Positions 61,890 through 64,000 of a stretch of DNA of 64,000 nucleotides are shown one piece after another. The notes under the pieces are model-generated. The model searched no databases and was not told the origin of the DNA. It saw nothing but the letters and a program-made list of their open reading frames with translations. Each line of letters opens with the position of its first letter. Positions within the stretch are counted from its first letter, which is position 1. The stretch is from assembly GCF_004010195.1 (NCBI RefSeq), contig NC_057718.1:57365023-57429022 (forward strand), in the 5' to 3' direction. The position numbers and the translations under genes were made by a program. The stretch comes from Chiloscyllium plagiosum. Taxonomy: Eukaryota.

Positions 61890-63972
61890 TTTATTTATTC
61901 AATCTCTCTTGGCAATTTAGAGCAAAAGAGATCGAGGCTAGGGTGGTTGCCTGCTCCTGTTCCAGGATGTGGGAGGTAGGGGTCACCACTAGTATCCCTG
62001 CTGACTTTGCCTGTGAGAAGTGCACCCAACTCCAACTCCTCACAGACCATGTTAGGGAACTGGGGTTGGAGCTGGATAAACTTTAAATCATTTGGGAGGC
62101 TGAGGGAGTGATAGAGGCATTACTGGGAGGTAATCACAGCTAAGTTGCAGGACAAAGGTAGCTGGGCGGCTGTCAGGAAAGGAAATAGGCAGTCAGTGCA
62201 GGGACCCACTGAGGCTGTACCCCTCAACAATAAGTGTACAGTTTTGGATACTGTTGGTGGGGGGGAAATGACCTACCAGGGGAAAGCTTCAGTGGCAATG
62301 TCTCTTGCACTGAGCCTGGCTCTGTGGCTCAGAAGGGAAGGAGGGAGAATTGAAGAGCAATAGTGATAGGAGGTTCAATGCTGAGAGGAACAGACAGGAG
62401 ATTCAGTGATTGCAAATGATGGCATAGCGAGGAAAAGGGATGATGACTTGAAAAGAGAATATGGGGAGTTAGGTTGGAAGCTAAAAGGCAGAGCGAGCAG
62501 CATAGTAATCTCAGGATTGCTACCGGTGTCACAGGATAGTGAGGCTAGGAACAGAGAATGAGTACAGAAGAACACGTGGCTGCAGGGCTGGTGTAGGAGG
62601 GAGGGCTTCAGATATGTGGATTATTGGGATACCTTCTGGGGAAGTTGGAACCTGTACAAGGAAGATAGGTTGCACCAATTGGGCACCAATATCCTGGGCT
62701 GGAGGTTTGCTAGAACTCTTTGGGAACGTTTAAGCTAGTTTGGCAGAGGGTGGGAACCAGAGGATGTAGTAGTTAGTGAACAGCCAGATACAGCATGCAG
62801 TAAGTCTGTGAGGAGGGATAGACAGTTGATAGAACAAAGTTGCAGTCAGTATGATGGGTTGAAGTGTGTCTGTTTTAACGCAAGAAGTATCAGGAATAAG
62901 GGTGATGAACTCAGAGCATGGATCAGTACTTGGAACAATGATGTTGTGACCATTACATAGACTTGGATATCACAGGGCAGGAAAGGTTGTTGGATGTTCC
63001 AGGGTTTAGATGTTTCAAAGGAATACAGGAGTAGGTAAAAGAGGTTGGGGAGTGGCATTGCTAATCAAGGGTAGTATCACAGCTGCAGAAAGGGAGGTCA
63101 TCGAGGAGGGTTTGTCTACAGAGTCCATATGGGTGGAATCAGAAACCGGAAAGGAGCAGTCATTTTATTGGGAGTTTTCTACAGACCCCCTAGTAGCAAC
63201 AGAAACACAGAGGAGCGGATTGGCAAGCAGACTTTGGAAAGTTGCAGAGGTAACAGGGTTGTGGTCATGGGTGACTTTAACTTCCCTAATATTGATTGGA
63301 ACCGTCTTGTTCAAATAGTTAGGATGGAGCAGTTTTTGTCAGGTGTATTCAGGAAGGATTCCTGACTCAATATGTAGATAGGCTGACTAGAGGGGAGGTC
63401 ATATTGGATTCGGTGATAGTGATCTTAACTCCCTGACCTTTACGATAATCATGGAGAGAAATAGGAGCAGACTGTATGGGAAAGTATTTAATTGAGGGAG
63501 GGGGAATTGCAATGCTATTAGACAGGAACTGGGGCACCTAAATTGGGAACAGATGTTCTCAGGGAAATTCTCAGAGAAGCTATGGCTTTTCTCATTGGAT
63601 TGAAGAAGGATGAGAGCTGATTTGATAGAGGTGAAGAAGATGATGAGAGGCATAGATAGAGTGAATAGTCAGAGACTTTTTTCCCAGGGTAGAAATGGCT
63701 ATCACAAGGGGGCATAATCCAAAGGTGATTGGAGGAAGGTTTAGGGGAGATATCAGAGGTCACGGCTTTACACAGAGAGTGGTGGGTGTATGGAATGCAC
63801 TGCCAGCAGTGGTAGTACAGTCAGATACATAAGGGACATTTAAGCAACTCTTGAATAAGCTCATGGATGATAGTAAAATGAAGGATATGTAGGTCAGTTT
63901 GAGCTTAGAGTAGGATAAAAGGTCAGCACAACATCAAGGCCTGTACTATGCTGTATTGTTCTATATTCTATA
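61890..63972 (+). mobile_element. CR1 LINE with ORF1 and endonuclease joined directly to the 3' end (RT missing)
   Basis: VACSCSRMWE...CEKCTQLQ (ORF1); LGVFYRPPSS...VVMGDFNFPNIDW (APE); jumps at about 63575 to the ORF2 C-terminus and 3' UTR ending ttctatattctat. Confidence 0.85.
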
Positions 63973-64000
63973 ATTAAGATGTACAGAAAGGTGCAGGCAT

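Noticed and set aside
1..64000. CRISPR arrays, rRNA or prokaryotic systems
   Set aside because: None seen; eukaryotic intron and TE landscape.

Overview
Vertebrate genomic DNA, most likely from a cartilaginous fish (inferred from HE1/V-type SINEs, CR1 LINEs and abundant Penelope-derived repeats). The only host gene I can support is the 5' part of PNPT1 (mitochondrial polynucleotide phosphorylase) on the minus strand: 11 GT-AG coding exons from 28959 down to 3053 that join in frame and continue beyond the window start. The rest is mostly transposable elements: many CR1 LINEs (some with zinc-finger/esterase ORF1), tRNA-derived V-SINEs, a decayed Gypsy LTR element with the unusual Gmr1 order (gag-PR-IN-RT-RH), a Harbinger transposase remnant, a Tigger-like MITE, and a Penelope-like family with its derivatives. 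Most interesting: (1) about a dozen minimal hammerhead-ribozyme cores in Penelope-derived insertions, several of them tiny fold-back elements with 10-17 bp target-site duplications; (2) a microhomology-joined templated insertion in PNPT1 intron 9 that copies part of exon 9 and creates an 83-bp perfect inverted repeat; (3) a 66-bp internal CR1 RT fragment between two identical 111-bp repeats. An assembly gap lies at 33680-34342. All analysis was by eye, and repeat boundaries are approximate.
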